Source: a bacterium (GTDB taxonomy: Bacteria > UBA8248). Taken from it: a stretch of 64,000 nucleotides of DNA. Within the stretch, counting starts at the first letter, position 1. Each line of letters starts with the position of its first letter. The position numbers and the translations under genes were made by a program. Below, piece by piece: positions 10,795-20,297 of the stretch. The stretch covers positions 1,792,001-1,856,000 of the forward strand of contig CBDBZU010000004.1 of the NCBI GenBank assembly GCA_965213625.1, read 5' to 3'. The notes under the pieces were generated by a model. The model was not told where the DNA came from, searched no databases, and saw only the letters and a program-made list of their open reading frames with translations.

Positions 10795-11550
10795 TCAGAT
10801 TTTGCGCAGCGCGAGGCCGAAGGTCTCGGCCGCCCGCTCTCGCGCCATGAGGTAGAAACCCCAAAGCCAAAGTCGCCAGAGAACGTGAAAGGGCGCGAAA
10901 AAGCTGAAATACTCGCTGGAATAATAGGCCCTTTTCTGAACCACGGCGAAGCTTGCTCCGCGCGCCATTTCTTCGAATTCGGGCAGCGTGCAGCGATGGT
11001 AGTGGCCCGGAAAACCGGTCTTGCCCGCAAGTTCAGGATAGACTTGCCTCAGCAGACCTCGTTTGAGTTTTTCGGGGATGACTCGATTTACCCGCGCATA
11101 GAGAGCGTTTTTTGACGGCGTGAAGAGGAGGGCGACGCCGCCTTTTTTCAATATGCTCGCCAGGCCGGCGAAAGCGGATTTCGTGTCCGCGACATGCTCG
11201 AGCAGCGCCTGGCAGATCACCACGTCGGCGTCTTCGCGTCCTCGGTATTCGGTGATGTCGGCGCGGATAGTCGCATCGTAAGCTCCGGTCGGCGCCCTGG
11301 TCAGTTCTCCCTCGTCGATGTCGAGGCCTACGACATGAAGACCCCGCAGCACCTTCTCTTCTCTGGAGTGCAGAGGATGTTTCCCTCCGCCCACATCGTA
11401 GACCAGCGCACCATCGGGGATATGAGGAGGTGCGAATTGCTCCCGGAAATGCGCCTGTCCATCCACCTGGAATTTCTCGGGCAGAAATGTATCGAAACGT
11501 CTTGAGAGGAATTTGTTGAAATCGATGAATTTTCCTGGCAGGCCGCGCAT
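10795..11550 (-). CDS. Class I SAM-dependent methyltransferase
   Basis: VYDVGGG motif I, VVGLDI, LLEHV, LKKGG. Confidence 0.8.
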   Translation of the reverse strand: MRGLPGKFIDFNKFLSRRFDTFLPEKFQVDGQAHFREQFAPPHIPDGALVYDVGGGKHPLHSREEKVLRGLHVVGLDIDEGELTRAPTGAYDATIRADITEYRGREDADVVICQALLEHVADTKSAFAGLASILKKGGVALLFTPSKNALYARVNRVIPEKLKRGLLRQVYPELAGKTGFPGHYHRCTLPEFEEMARGASFAVVQKRAYYSSEYFSFFAPFHVLWRLWLWGFYLMARERAAETFGLALRKI

Positions 11551-11682
11551 GAATTGGGGAGTCCCTGTCTCGCAGAAAACGAAGGGTCGAGAAACTGCTC
11601 GACCGAACAGGGGTCCTCATGCCACCCATTATGTCAAAAGAGTGGGGCAGGGGAAACGGTCCGGCATAAATTCAAGAAGGCG

Positions 11683-11703
11683 CCTCCCCTTCTCAGGGGA
11701 AGC
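11683..11703 (-). terminator. Hairpin after dienelactone hydrolase gene
   Basis: CTCCCCT-TCTC-AGGGGAAG inverted repeat just past the stop; weak U-tract. Confidence 0.35.
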
Positions 11704-11717
11704 TACCTTCAATCGGT

Positions 11718-12605
11718 CTAGCCTAGCTTCTCCCGGAAGAAGGCTATCGTGCGCTTCCAGGCGAGTTCGGCGGCGGCTTTGTCGTAGCGCGGCGTGGTGT
11801 CGTTATGGAAGCCGTGGTTGGCCTTCGGGTAGAAATGCGCGGTGTATTCCTTGCCGAGTTTCTTGAGCGCGGCCTCATAGGCGGGCCAGCCCTTGTTGAT
11901 GCGCGCGTCGAGCTCGCCGAAGTGGATCAGCAGGGGCGCCTTGATCCTGGCGACCTCGGCTTCGGTCTTTGGATGGCGGCCGTAGAAAGGAACGGACGCG
12001 GCGAGGTCCGGCTTGTGAACGGCCATGGCGTTCGAAACGCCGCCCCCGTAGCAAAAGCCCACCACGCCGACCTTTCCGTTCGCGCTCGCGTCGGCTTTTA
12101 AGTGATCGAAGGCGGCGAAGAAATCCTGTAGCAGCTTCGCCTTATCCAGTTTTCGCTGCATGACCTTGCCTTCGGGGTCGTTGCCGGGGTATCCGCCCAG
12201 CGGGGTGAGGCCGTCGGGCGCGAGCGCAGTGAAGCCGGCCACGGCAACGCGCCGGGCCACGTCCGCGATGTAGGGGTTCAGCCCCCTGTTCTCATGTACG
12301 ACGACCACGCCGCTGCGCTTGCCCCCGCCCGCGGGCCGGACGAGATAACCTTTTATCTTCCCGTGCCCCTTGGGCGAGGCGTACTCGATGGTCTGCCCGT
12401 TGATGCGCGCGTCGTTCTCCTCGACCTGTTTCGCCAGTGCGTAATTTGGCGATAGCATATCCAGCAGGGCGGCGGCGGTGAGGCCGCCCACGGCAAACTT
12501 GGCCGCCTTGTCGAGAAACTCCCTGCGCTCGATGATGCCGTGCACGTACTTATCGAAGAGATCCAGCAATTCCTGGTCGAAATCACTCGCCTGCATGCGC
12601 TCCAT
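11718..12605 (-). CDS. Dienelactone hydrolase family protein (YghX-like)
   Basis: Start [23 protein letters not shown] with SD CAGGAG; RREFL Tat-like motif, HENRGL, GFCYGG, HGFHND. Confidence 0.9.
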   Translation of the reverse strand: MERMQASDFDQELLDLFDKYVHGIIERREFLDKAAKFAVGGLTAAALLDMLSPNYALAKQVEENDARINGQTIEYASPKGHGKIKGYLVRPAGGGKRSGVVVVHENRGLNPYIADVARRVAVAGFTALAPDGLTPLGGYPGNDPEGKVMQRKLDKAKLLQDFFAAFDHLKADASANGKVGVVGFCYGGGVSNAMAVHKPDLAASVPFYGRHPKTEAEVARIKAPLLIHFGELDARINKGWPAYEAALKKLGKEYTAHFYPKANHGFHNDTTPRYDKAAAELAWKRTIAFFREKLG

Positions 12606-12762
12606 GACGGTCTCCTGGTTTTGGGAAAAGGGACGTATTAACGATTGGCGCCAGGCGGCCGGGGCGCTGCCAGGATTATACATCGTTTTCAGGCGATGCG
12701 GCCATGCAGCGCGAAAGTTCGGATGACGGCTCTTGAATGCCTCTTTTGTCGTCTCGTCCGCG

Positions 12763-12803
12763 TGCGAAAATGCGGGCAGTTGCGGGAAAATGCGGTATAT
12801 GCG
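12763..12803. repeat. ~10-bp-period TGCG(G) direct-repeat array
   Basis: TGCG at 12763, 12771, 12781, 12791, 12800. Confidence 0.7.
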
Positions 12804-12900
12804 AATAACTTTTTTCACCGCTATATTTAAGTGTGCCACACTCAGAATCAAGAAAAAACCTGTTTTATTACAATCAGTTACGAGGAAATCTCTTTTCAGG

Positions 12901-12937
12901 AATTTATCGAAAAACCCCGTGAATTTATCGATATTTA
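12901..12937. repeat. 37-bp AT-rich block; inverted copy at 57909-57945
   Basis: 36/37 identity to the reverse complement of 57909-57945. Confidence 0.9.
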
Positions 12938-13259
12938 CGGAAAATTTTATTATTTTCATTGCTGTGCCTTCCTTGCATCCATGGGTGTTGCTTTTTTCCC
13001 GACGAGCGACGATCCCGACCGGGGCGCCATGTGCGGGCTGGGAAGAAGCCGCCGCCTTCGCCTTCGACCCATCATTCGTGGCCATGGGAAAACCTCCCGT
13101 TCTTTCGTATCGACTCGATCCAGTGCGGAACCGGACTCGACCCTGAGGGAGAGTCCGGCTTCCCCGCGCGGCGCGCACGATAGCGCAGCGCCGGTTTTCC
13201 GGGCGTACGGCAAATGCGGGGAATTGCGTGTTCACTTTCGGGAGGGTGTGATTGCTTCC

Positions 13260-13849
13260 GTAGCAGACAGGCCCCTGCGCCTGTCCGGGGTCGTGACCTG
13301 TCCGAGGCCCCTGTGGCCGCCCGGCCCCGCTTGCGCGCCGTATCGAGGGACGAGGGGAGTCGAACGCCTCGCGCCAGGCGAGAATGCAATTCCTCCTTCA
13401 TTGGGGCTGTTGAAAAATCCTTACGTGAGATTTTTCGTTTGTTGTAGGGACAGGCCTCCGTGCCTGTCCAGAATGTAACCATCCTGCAAAAGGACAACCA
13501 CGGAGGGTTGTCCCTACACCCCCTCGCGTCGAACCCTCTCTCCCCGGTCGGCTCCATACGCTGAATCTCGAATTTGAGGCATTTTCAACAGCCCCTAATT
13601 AGTCGGAATTGCCCTTCGATACGCAGCTTTGCCGCTACTCAGGGTGAGGCGGATTCGGAGGCAAGCAAGAAGCGGGTTTAACGCTCAAGGGGGAGTGGTT
13701 CCTGTTTTGCATTTTCGGCATGCGCCGGAATGACGGCGGGGTGAACAACCTCGACCGGGGGGGGAATGGATTTGCCCTGTTGTTGTAGCGGACAGGCCCC
13801 TGCGCCTGTCCGGGGTCGAGACCTGTCCGAGACCCCCTTGCCCGCCCGG
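13260..13849. repeat. Composite palindromic repeat cluster bounded by ~65-bp direct repeats (13260-13324, 13785-13849)
   Basis: GTAGC(A/G)GACAGGCCCCTGCGCCTGTCCGGGGTCG(T/A)GACCTGTCCGAG occurs twice; also CCTTCGATACG...TACTCAGGGTGAGG and CCGGAATGACGG units. Confidence 0.85.
13403..13595. mobile_element. MITE-like element enclosing a GTAG REP pair
   Basis: TIRs GGGGCTGTTGAAAA / TTTTCAACAGCCCC; internal TGTAGGGACAGG...TTGTCCCTACA (13443-13517). Confidence 0.65.
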
Positions 13850-13867
13850 GGACCGGTGTGTCCGCCC

Positions 13868-15019
13868 CTACCCCAACCTCTCCCTCAGCCACCGGAAAGA
13901 CTCGGGCGCCCACTCGGTGAAGTGCTTGAAGGCGCAGTGGCCATCATCCGGGTAGACGCGCGCCTCCTTGCCGGTCACGGGGCCGTGTTCGAGCATGTAG
14001 TAGATGTTCCCGATGGGGGCCAGGTGGTCCTGTTTCCCGTTGATCATCAGGACGGGGCAGACGATTTTATCCACCAGACCCAGTTCGCTCAGCGACCAGC
14101 GCTTGAAGAGCGCTTCTTCTTTCTCGACCGTGGTGGGCGGAAACGAGGGGCCGTCTCCAGGCGCGCCGAAGATGTGGACGGCCCGCCTGTTCCTGTTGCC
14201 GACGTAGTTCGCCATCTCCGCATCGCTCATGCGGTAGCCGAAGTGATGACCCGCGCTCGCCACGGCTGCGTGCACCTTTTCGGGATAGGAACCCGCGAGC
14301 AGCATCACCGAATGCCCGCCCCGGCTGATGCCGAACGCGCCGATGCGCCCCCCGTCCACCTCGGGCCGCGCGGCGAGGTAGTCGATAGCCGCCTTCCACG
14401 CCGAGACGGATTCCGGCTCGTAGGGAAAGGGGTTCTCCCCGGTGCCGGGGCCGTCCATCACGAGGGTGGCCAGGCCGTGCGCGAGGGCCATTTCGCCCGC
14501 CCAGCCGCGGTCTTCCTTGAACATGTCCCCGCCGCACATGATGAGGACGGCTGGGGCGGGGTTATCCGCGTTCGCGTCTTTTGGCGCGCGGAAATGGGAG
14601 GTGATGCGCTCGCCCGCGCACTCCACGCTTACGACTTCGAGCGGCGGGTCCAGGAACTCGCATGCTCTCAAGTAAGCGCGAATGCAGTCCTGGTTGGCTT
14701 GTTCTTTTAACGGGGTGAGCGGGCGGGGGAACCGCGCGAGGCTGTAGTAGGTCTTGGCGAGGAGAAATTTCTCCCGCGCGGCCAAAGCGTCCCCATCGGC
14801 GGCGAGTTCTTCCGCCTGTTCTTCATAGCGCGCGCCAATCCCGCTCCAGAGGGGGACCCAGAGGTCGTCCGTCGTTCCCTGGAGAGACGCAACGGCGCAT
14901 TTTAACTCTTCCATGTCCTCGATCATGGAGAACCAGCGGCGGTAGAAGCCGCCGTGCTCCACGACGAAGGGGTCTTCGCTGGGCGCGAAGGGGAGGTTTT
15001 CCAGGGGCGTGTCGTTCAT
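13868..15019 (-). CDS. Alpha/beta hydrolase (FrsA / 2,6-dihydroxypseudooxynicotine hydrolase-like)
   Basis: MDGPGTGE, nucleophile GISRGG, GKQD, DGH; SD AGAAAG before MNDTP. Confidence 0.85.
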   Translation of the reverse strand: MNDTPLENLPFAPSEDPFVVEHGGFYRRWFSMIEDMEELKCAVASLQGTTDDLWVPLWSGIGARYEEQAEELAADGDALAAREKFLLAKTYYSLARFPRPLTPLKEQANQDCIRAYLRACEFLDPPLEVVSVECAGERITSHFRAPKDANADNPAPAVLIMCGGDMFKEDRGWAGEMALAHGLATLVMDGPGTGENPFPYEPESVSAWKAAIDYLAARPEVDGGRIGAFGISRGGHSVMLLAGSYPEKVHAAVASAGHHFGYRMSDAEMANYVGNRNRRAVHIFGAPGDGPSFPPTTVEKEEALFKRWSLSELGLVDKIVCPVLMINGKQDHLAPIGNIYYMLEHGPVTGKEARVYPDDGHCAFKHFTEWAPESFRWLRERLG

Positions 15020-15063
15020 CGTTTCTTTCTGTGGAGAGTGGTCTGAAGAGCCGACGAATCCCT

Positions 15064-15492
15064 CTAGGCGTCCAGGTGCTCGTAGATTTCGACGACCATG
15101 CCGCCCTTGATGGTGCCGTCGCTCAGGTGGCCCGCCAGAACCTTTTCCGGCTCGCCCGGCCCGCCGCTGATGGCCATATGCACGTGGACGTAGGGCTGGG
15201 GTTCGTCCCAGGTCACGTCGCCCAGAGCAAGGGGCGGCTCGTCCGGCCAGGTGATGTTGCCGAGCGCCACGAGTTCGCGCCAGCCCTCGAAGTGCAGCCG
15301 GTCGACGTCGTAGCCGTCCATGCTCTTGAAGCCCGAAATCATGTCCGTCTCGGCGAGGGCGCCGATGAGGAAGACCGAACCCGCCCGGATGTTCTTCTCC
15401 TTCACGAGGTTGCATAAATTCGTATAAAAATTGTCTCCTGCCTCGAGCGTCACGCGGAAGATGCGGCCCAGTTTCCTCTCTTCTACTCTCAT
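15064..15492 (-). CDS. PPC/DUF296 domain protein
   Basis: LIGAL, ELVALGNI, HVHMA, AGHL. Confidence 0.85.
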   Translation of the reverse strand: MRVEERKLGRIFRVTLEAGDNFYTNLCNLVKEKNIRAGSVFLIGALAETDMISGFKSMDGYDVDRLHFEGWRELVALGNITWPDEPPLALGDVTWDEPQPYVHVHMAISGGPGEPEKVLAGHLSDGTIKGGMVVEIYEHLDA

Positions 15493-15538
15493 TGAAGTCT
15501 CCTTTTCGGATGTTGATGTAACAGGCTTCTATCCCTGC

Positions 15539-15744
15539 GGGGTTGTTGGAAAACCTCTCCTCGCTCGGAATTGATCATCGCCGTTATTTCGGCATCATTT
15601 CCGTTTTTGTTGTAGGGGCCGCATATATGCGGCCCTCCCCGTTCGTGGCATACGGGTCGCATATATGCGACCCCTACATTCCCTCCGGCAAGGCGGTATC
15701 CCGTCGCCGCCATACCGGCATTGCAGGACTTTTTCAACGGCCCC
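15539..15744. mobile_element. MITE-like element enclosing a GTAG REP pair
   Basis: Imperfect TIRs GGGGTTGTTGGAAAA / TTTTTCAACGGCCCC; internal TGTAGGGGCCGCATATATGCGGCCC...GGGTCGCATATATGCGACCCCTACA. Confidence 0.6.
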
Positions 15745-15840
15745 CTCAAGGGGTCAATCCCGACGAAGGCGAGAGGGATTGTGTTGTCTTCTCTCTCGTC
15801 TGTCGATTACATACGCCAAATCACGAAATCAGGACTATTT

Positions 15841-16707
15841 CTACAACCCCCGTTGCGCGACGACCTCATCAAACAGGCGTTCGAGACCATCGCGGAAGGT
15901 TTCTTTTCTCTGCTGGAGCCAGTATTCGCCGCGCGTTTCGTCGGCATGGAAATATGGGAGAAATTTCGGATCCTCCGTGGCTTCGGCTTTCTCTTTGCCG
16001 GCGGCGACAACCTCGACCATGATCTCCATCATCCCGCTCAGGGTATTTTTGAGTTTTGTCGCCACCTCCTTGCCGCATATCTCGCCGTGACCGGGGACGA
16101 TGGTCTCGATATCGAGGCCCTCCACCCAGGCGAGCGCGTCTATCCACTCCTGCACGAAGGCGTCGCGCATGCCGGCCGAGGGGCCATTGATGACGACGTC
16201 GCCGGCGAAGAGCACACCCTCCTGGGGTACGAGGACGGACGTGCAAGCGGGGGAGTGGCCGCCCTTGCGGTGTATCTCGAAGGTGAGCGGCGGAAGATGC
16301 AGGGTGAGGTTGTCCTCGAAACAGAACTGGGGAAGCGGCACGGCGGCGTTTTCGATTTCGTCCGCCTCATCTGTGAAGCCCAAGTCCCGGAGCGTCTTCA
16401 CGAAGATTTCCTTGGAAAATGCGTTATCGCCCTTCGATATTTCATCGTAGACGTATTGGGGGGCGATGCGGGCAACGTCCCCTTCGATGAAGGAGGAGCC
16501 CGTCGTGTGGTCGCCGTGATAATCGGTGGCGATGAGGTAGCGCACGCCCAGCGGACTTAAAGAAGAAACTTCTTCCTGCCACTTGCGCGAATCGCTCGGC
16601 CGGACCGGGGAGTCGAGGAGGACGACGCCGCTTTCCGTGACGGCGGCACCCACGTTCGCCCAGTCGTAGGCGGTCTCTGCGTACAGGTGTTCGGACAGAC
16701 GATCCAT
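15841..16707 (-). CDS. MBL-fold metallohydrolase (cyclase-like)
   Basis: TDYHGDH, GGHS, FAGD, PGHG; SD GAGG before MDRLSE. Confidence 0.85.
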   Translation of the reverse strand: MDRLSEHLYAETAYDWANVGAAVTESGVVLLDSPVRPSDSRKWQEEVSSLSPLGVRYLIATDYHGDHTTGSSFIEGDVARIAPQYVYDEISKGDNAFSKEIFVKTLRDLGFTDEADEIENAAVPLPQFCFEDNLTLHLPPLTFEIHRKGGHSPACTSVLVPQEGVLFAGDVVINGPSAGMRDAFVQEWIDALAWVEGLDIETIVPGHGEICGKEVATKLKNTLSGMMEIMVEVVAAGKEKAEATEDPKFLPYFHADETRGEYWLQQRKETFRDGLERLFDEVVAQRGL

Positions 16708-16822
16708 GGCGGCCTCTTTCTCTTCTGGTTGACGTGAATGAGGATATTCGCGCAAGAATACCTACAAGCATTCATATCGGCAAGACGCATATCAACTTTC
16801 GTGAAGGGGAGGAAACCCTGTT

Positions 16823-17638
16823 TTGGAACTCATACTCCTGGGCGTGGGCGCGCCGCCGCCGACCCCTCAGAAAAGCGGCCCGTGCAACGCTATCGTCAGG
16901 GGCGGGAAGCTCTACCTGGTGGACGCCGCCCGCCACGCCGCGACCCAGATCATGAAGTCGGGTTTTCACGTAAGAGATGTGGACCACCTGTTTTTCACGC
17001 ATTTTCACTCCGATCACTACACCGGCTTTGGCGAGTTCTTCATCTCGCGGTGGATCATGGGCGCATCGACGCCGCTCAAGGTTTACGGGCCATCGCCCGT
17101 CGAGGAGATAGTCGAGCGGATGCTCAGCTATTACGAGTACGATATCGACCTGAGGGCGGAGGAGGGAAAGCCCAGGGCGGGAACCGATATCGAGGTGTCC
17201 GTCCTTAAGCCCGGCGATGCGTTAGAGGTGGACGGCATCGGCATCCGCGTTGATAAGGGCACGCGCCACGGGAACGTGGACGACATTATCTCCTACGCGT
17301 TCGAGGCGGAGGGGAGGAAGATCGTCATCGCGAGCGACGGCAGCCCCACGGATAAGCTGGTTCCCCTGGCGCGAGGGGCGGACGTGCTGGTCATGCACCC
17401 CTGCATCCCAGAATTGATCGATGAGAATTTCGGTGGATTCAGGGGAACGGCGAAGATTGTGGCGGCCCACCACGCCACGGCGGAAGAAGTCGGGAATACG
17501 GCTACCGAGGCCGGCGTCGGCAAGATCGTTTTCTCGCACGTCGTTCCTCCCCTGGCGCCGGACGATAAGGTGTGCGAGGCGATAGCGCCTTATTTCGACG
17601 GCCCTATAGTCGCAGGTGAGGACTTGATGCGGCTTTGA
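16823..17638 (+). CDS. MBL-fold hydrolase, RNase Z/AtsA-like
   Basis: LLGVG, THFHSDH, ASDG, HHAT, FSH; TTG start with SD GGAGG. Confidence 0.85.
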   Translation: MELILLGVGAPPPTPQKSGPCNAIVRGGKLYLVDAARHAATQIMKSGFHVRDVDHLFFTHFHSDHYTGFGEFFISRWIMGASTPLKVYGPSPVEEIVERMLSYYEYDIDLRAEEGKPRAGTDIEVSVLKPGDALEVDGIGIRVDKGTRHGNVDDIISYAFEAEGRKIVIASDGSPTDKLVPLARGADVLVMHPCIPELIDENFGGFRGTAKIVAAHHATAEEVGNTATEAGVGKIVFSHVVPPLAPDDKVCEAIAPYFDGPIVAGEDLMRL

Positions 17639-17671
17639 ACACTCGCTCTTCGCTCGCTTCGACACCCCACC

Positions 17672-17891
17672 CGCATCCCGAGTAAGCGCGCTTGCGCGTC
17701 GTATCGAGGGATGGGAGGAAAATCCTCATTCATCGGGGCAGTAGAAAAAGTCCCTCCGAGGAGGGAGGGAATCCCGATCATCGAATTGTTCACTGTAGGG
17801 ACAGGCCTCCGTGCCTGTCCTGACGAAGGACGACCACGGGGGCAGGACAACCACGGAGGGCAGGACAACCCCGAGGAGGGGTTGTCCCTAC
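17672..17891. repeat. Composite repeat cluster (CATCCCGAGTA...GTATCGAGGGA unit, single MITE-like end, GTAG REP pair with internal tandem subunits)
   Basis: Shares units with 13339-13517 and 41327-41773; GGAC(G/A)ACC(A/C)CG subunit occurs three times. Confidence 0.8.
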
Positions 17892-18094
17892 AAAACCATC
17901 GCGCCCGCCCACACCACGTGAACATCCATGCCGCCCGCTTCCGAAACGGATTTATCCATCAACCCCGGCCAGGGCGCATTTGTCGGATGCAACGAAATCT
18001 CGTCTGTGGCATACTTTGCGCATCCAGTTCAAATAATCGTTCACGCTTTCGTGAGGCAAACCTTCCATTTTCATTATCCGAGAGGAGAAACAAG

Positions 18095-19105
18095 ATGAGA
18101 AAGTGGTTTATGTTTCTGAGCCTGATCCTCGCCCTGAGCCTCGTGCCGGTCGGCTTCCAGGCGACTGACGCCGAGGCGGCCAAGTTCCGCATCGGCATGC
18201 ACCGCCAGACGTTCGGCTCCTTCACGGCGGTCGCCATGGGGATGGGCTATTTCGATGAGGAATTCGGAAAAGGCAATTGGGACGTGAAAGTATTCGCGCA
18301 GGGCAAGCTCGTCATCGAGGCGTTGCTCTCGCGCAGTCTCGATGTGGGCCACGGCGCCACGCGGCCCTACGTGGACGGGGTGGCGAAAAAGGCGGGCCTG
18401 GTGATGGTTTCCGCCAGTTCCTCATGGTGTAAATCCATCTCGATCTGGGTGCCGCCCGATTCTCCGGTCAAGACGGTGGCCGATCTCAAGGGCAAGACCA
18501 TCGCCGAGAAAAAGGGCACGTCCACCCACTTCGTGCTGGACAACGGCATCCTGCCTGCGTTCGGGATGAAGCCGAAAGACATCAAGATCATGAACACCAC
18601 CACGGCGGAGCGGCTCTCCGCCTTCCGGGCAAAGGTGGTTTCCGCAATGGTCATCGGCGCGCCCACCTCGTTCCGTCTCGCGGACAAGAAATGGGGCCGT
18701 CCCATCGTGGATTACTGCAAGTACGACAATCCGCCGGCGATGATCTTCATCGAACTCGCGAACCCCAGAACGCTCAAGAGCAACCCCGGGGGCGTGGTGA
18801 AGTACCTGCGCGCTTATCTCAAGTCCGCGAACCTCTGGAAGAAAGACCCCGACAAGTTCGCCAAGGTCTATCACAAGTGGCTGACAGCGAAGGGCCGCAA
18901 GGTGGATTACTCTATCGCCAGGCGCTCCATCAACGTGGTGCGGCCGCTGTACAAGATCACGCCGCGCATCATCAACGCGCTCAACGCGACGGCCAAGGTG
19001 CAGAAGGGTCGTGGCAAGATTCGGCGCCTGCCCGATTTCGCAGGGGGTGAGGGCATCGAGAGAGGTCCGCTCACCAAGGCGCTGGCCAGCATGAAGATGA
19101 ACTAA
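18095..19105 (+). CDS. ABC transporter substrate-binding protein (SsuA/NMT1 family)
   Basis: Signal peptide after SD GAGGAG; SPVKTVADLKGKTIA..KGTSTH. Confidence 0.85.
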   Translation: MRKWFMFLSLILALSLVPVGFQATDAEAAKFRIGMHRQTFGSFTAVAMGMGYFDEEFGKGNWDVKVFAQGKLVIEALLSRSLDVGHGATRPYVDGVAKKAGLVMVSASSSWCKSISIWVPPDSPVKTVADLKGKTIAEKKGTSTHFVLDNGILPAFGMKPKDIKIMNTTTAERLSAFRAKVVSAMVIGAPTSFRLADKKWGRPIVDYCKYDNPPAMIFIELANPRTLKSNPGGVVKYLRAYLKSANLWKKDPDKFAKVYHKWLTAKGRKVDYSIARRSINVVRPLYKITPRIINALNATAKVQKGRGKIRRLPDFAGGEGIERGPLTKALASMKMN

Positions 19106-19123
19106 GTTTTTCGATTTGTTTCC

Positions 19124-19160
19124 CGGGCTGCGGGGGCGTTTTCGGAGGCCTCCGCAGCCC
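19124..19160 (+). terminator. Intergenic hairpin after SBP gene (terminator or mRNA stabiliser)
   Basis: GGGCTGCGGGGGC...GCCTCCGCAGCCC stem. Confidence 0.55.
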
Positions 19161-19199
19161 TTGTCGTATCTGATGCAGGATTCGGTGGACTTGTGACGC

Positions 19200-20285
19200 A
19201 TGGCTGAACTGAAAATCACCGGCGTTGAGGCGAAATCGCTCAAGGTGCCCCTGGCCCGCGCGATAGGCAGCGCCAACAGCACGAAGTCGGAACTCGATTA
19301 CCTGGTGGTCTTTCTCCACACCGAAAACGGCCCGACGGGCTGCGGCTTCGTGATGGGCCTGGGCGGTGAGACCTCGACGACTCTCGTTCCCTACATCGAA
19401 AAAGAACTGGCTCCGCTGGCGGTGGGGCAGGACGCCCTTGCGCCCGAAGCGCTCTGGGCGCGCCTTTGGGGGCCGAACAAGCCGAGGATGCGCGGCGGGC
19501 TGGGCGTACAGGCGCTCTCCGCGGTGGATACCGCCTGCTGGGACGCGCTCGCCAAGGCGGCGGGGTTGCCGCTTTGCCGAATCCTTGGCGGCTTCCGGAG
19601 TAAGATGCCCGTCTACGGCAGCGGGGGCTGGCTCACGTTCACCGACGCCGAGATGGTGGATGAGTGCATGGGCTTCATGGAGCAGGGCATCGGCGCGTAC
19701 AAGCTCAAGCTGGGGACCAGCCGGGATGAAGAGCGAATCCGTCTCTTGCGAGATGAGGTGGGCGAGTCGGTCGTCTTGTTCACGGACGCCAACCAGAAGT
19801 ATAACCCGCGCGAGGCATTGGAGGTGGTCGCGATGCTCGCCGAATATGACGTGCGCTGGTTCGAGGAGCCCGTACTCGCCGATTCGGTGGACGATCTGGC
19901 GGATGTGGCCGAAAGGAGTCCCGTGCCCATCGCCGCGGGAGAAAACGCCTACATGCGCTGGGGTTTCCGGGAAATATGTGAGAGGAGGGCGGCGGCGTAT
20001 CTGCAGCCCGACGTGGGCCGCTGCGGCGGCGTGACGGAGTTTCGTAAGGCCGCTCATCTGGCGGAAGCCTACAATCTATCGCTGTGCGCGCATCTCTTGC
20101 AGGAGGTGTCGATAAGCCTTCTCGCGGCGACGCCGAGCGGCTACATGGTCGAGTATGTGGAGATGCTGCCTCCCGATACCCTGACGCGGGAATTTCCCGT
20201 TGTGAGCGGTTGTATGGAGGTTCCGGACGTCCCCGGACACGGGGTGGAATTTTCTGAGGAGGCCATACGGCGATATAGCGCTTGA
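19200..20285 (+). CDS. Mandelate racemase/muconate lactonising enzyme family
   Basis: SAVDTACWD, KxK (YKLK), DAN, WFEEP, GEN, QPD, CAH. Confidence 0.9.
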   Translation: MAELKITGVEAKSLKVPLARAIGSANSTKSELDYLVVFLHTENGPTGCGFVMGLGGETSTTLVPYIEKELAPLAVGQDALAPEALWARLWGPNKPRMRGGLGVQALSAVDTACWDALAKAAGLPLCRILGGFRSKMPVYGSGGWLTFTDAEMVDECMGFMEQGIGAYKLKLGTSRDEERIRLLRDEVGESVVLFTDANQKYNPREALEVVAMLAEYDVRWFEEPVLADSVDDLADVAERSPVPIAAGENAYMRWGFREICERRAAAYLQPDVGRCGGVTEFRKAAHLAEAYNLSLCAHLLQEVSISLLAATPSGYMVEYVEMLPPDTLTREFPVVSGCMEVPDVPGHGVEFSEEAIRRYSA

Positions 20286-20297
20286 GGAGGAGCGGGT

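Noticed and set aside
15020-15415. N-terminal extension of the 515-aa ORF
   Set aside because: Overlaps the DUF296 gene in another frame; the SD-led start is at 15019
17794-17891. Tandem GGACAACCACGG units as a possible CRISPR array
   Set aside because: Units are about 18 bp with no unique spacers, lie inside a REP doublet, and no cas genes are present
18006-18021. Possible sigma54 promoter TGGCATACTTTGCGC
   Set aside because: GG-N10-GC spacing fits but the TT before GC is missing, and no activator gene is nearby
17711-18094. N-terminal extension of the 464-aa SBP ORF
   Set aside because: Translates repeat DNA; signal peptide and SD start at 18095
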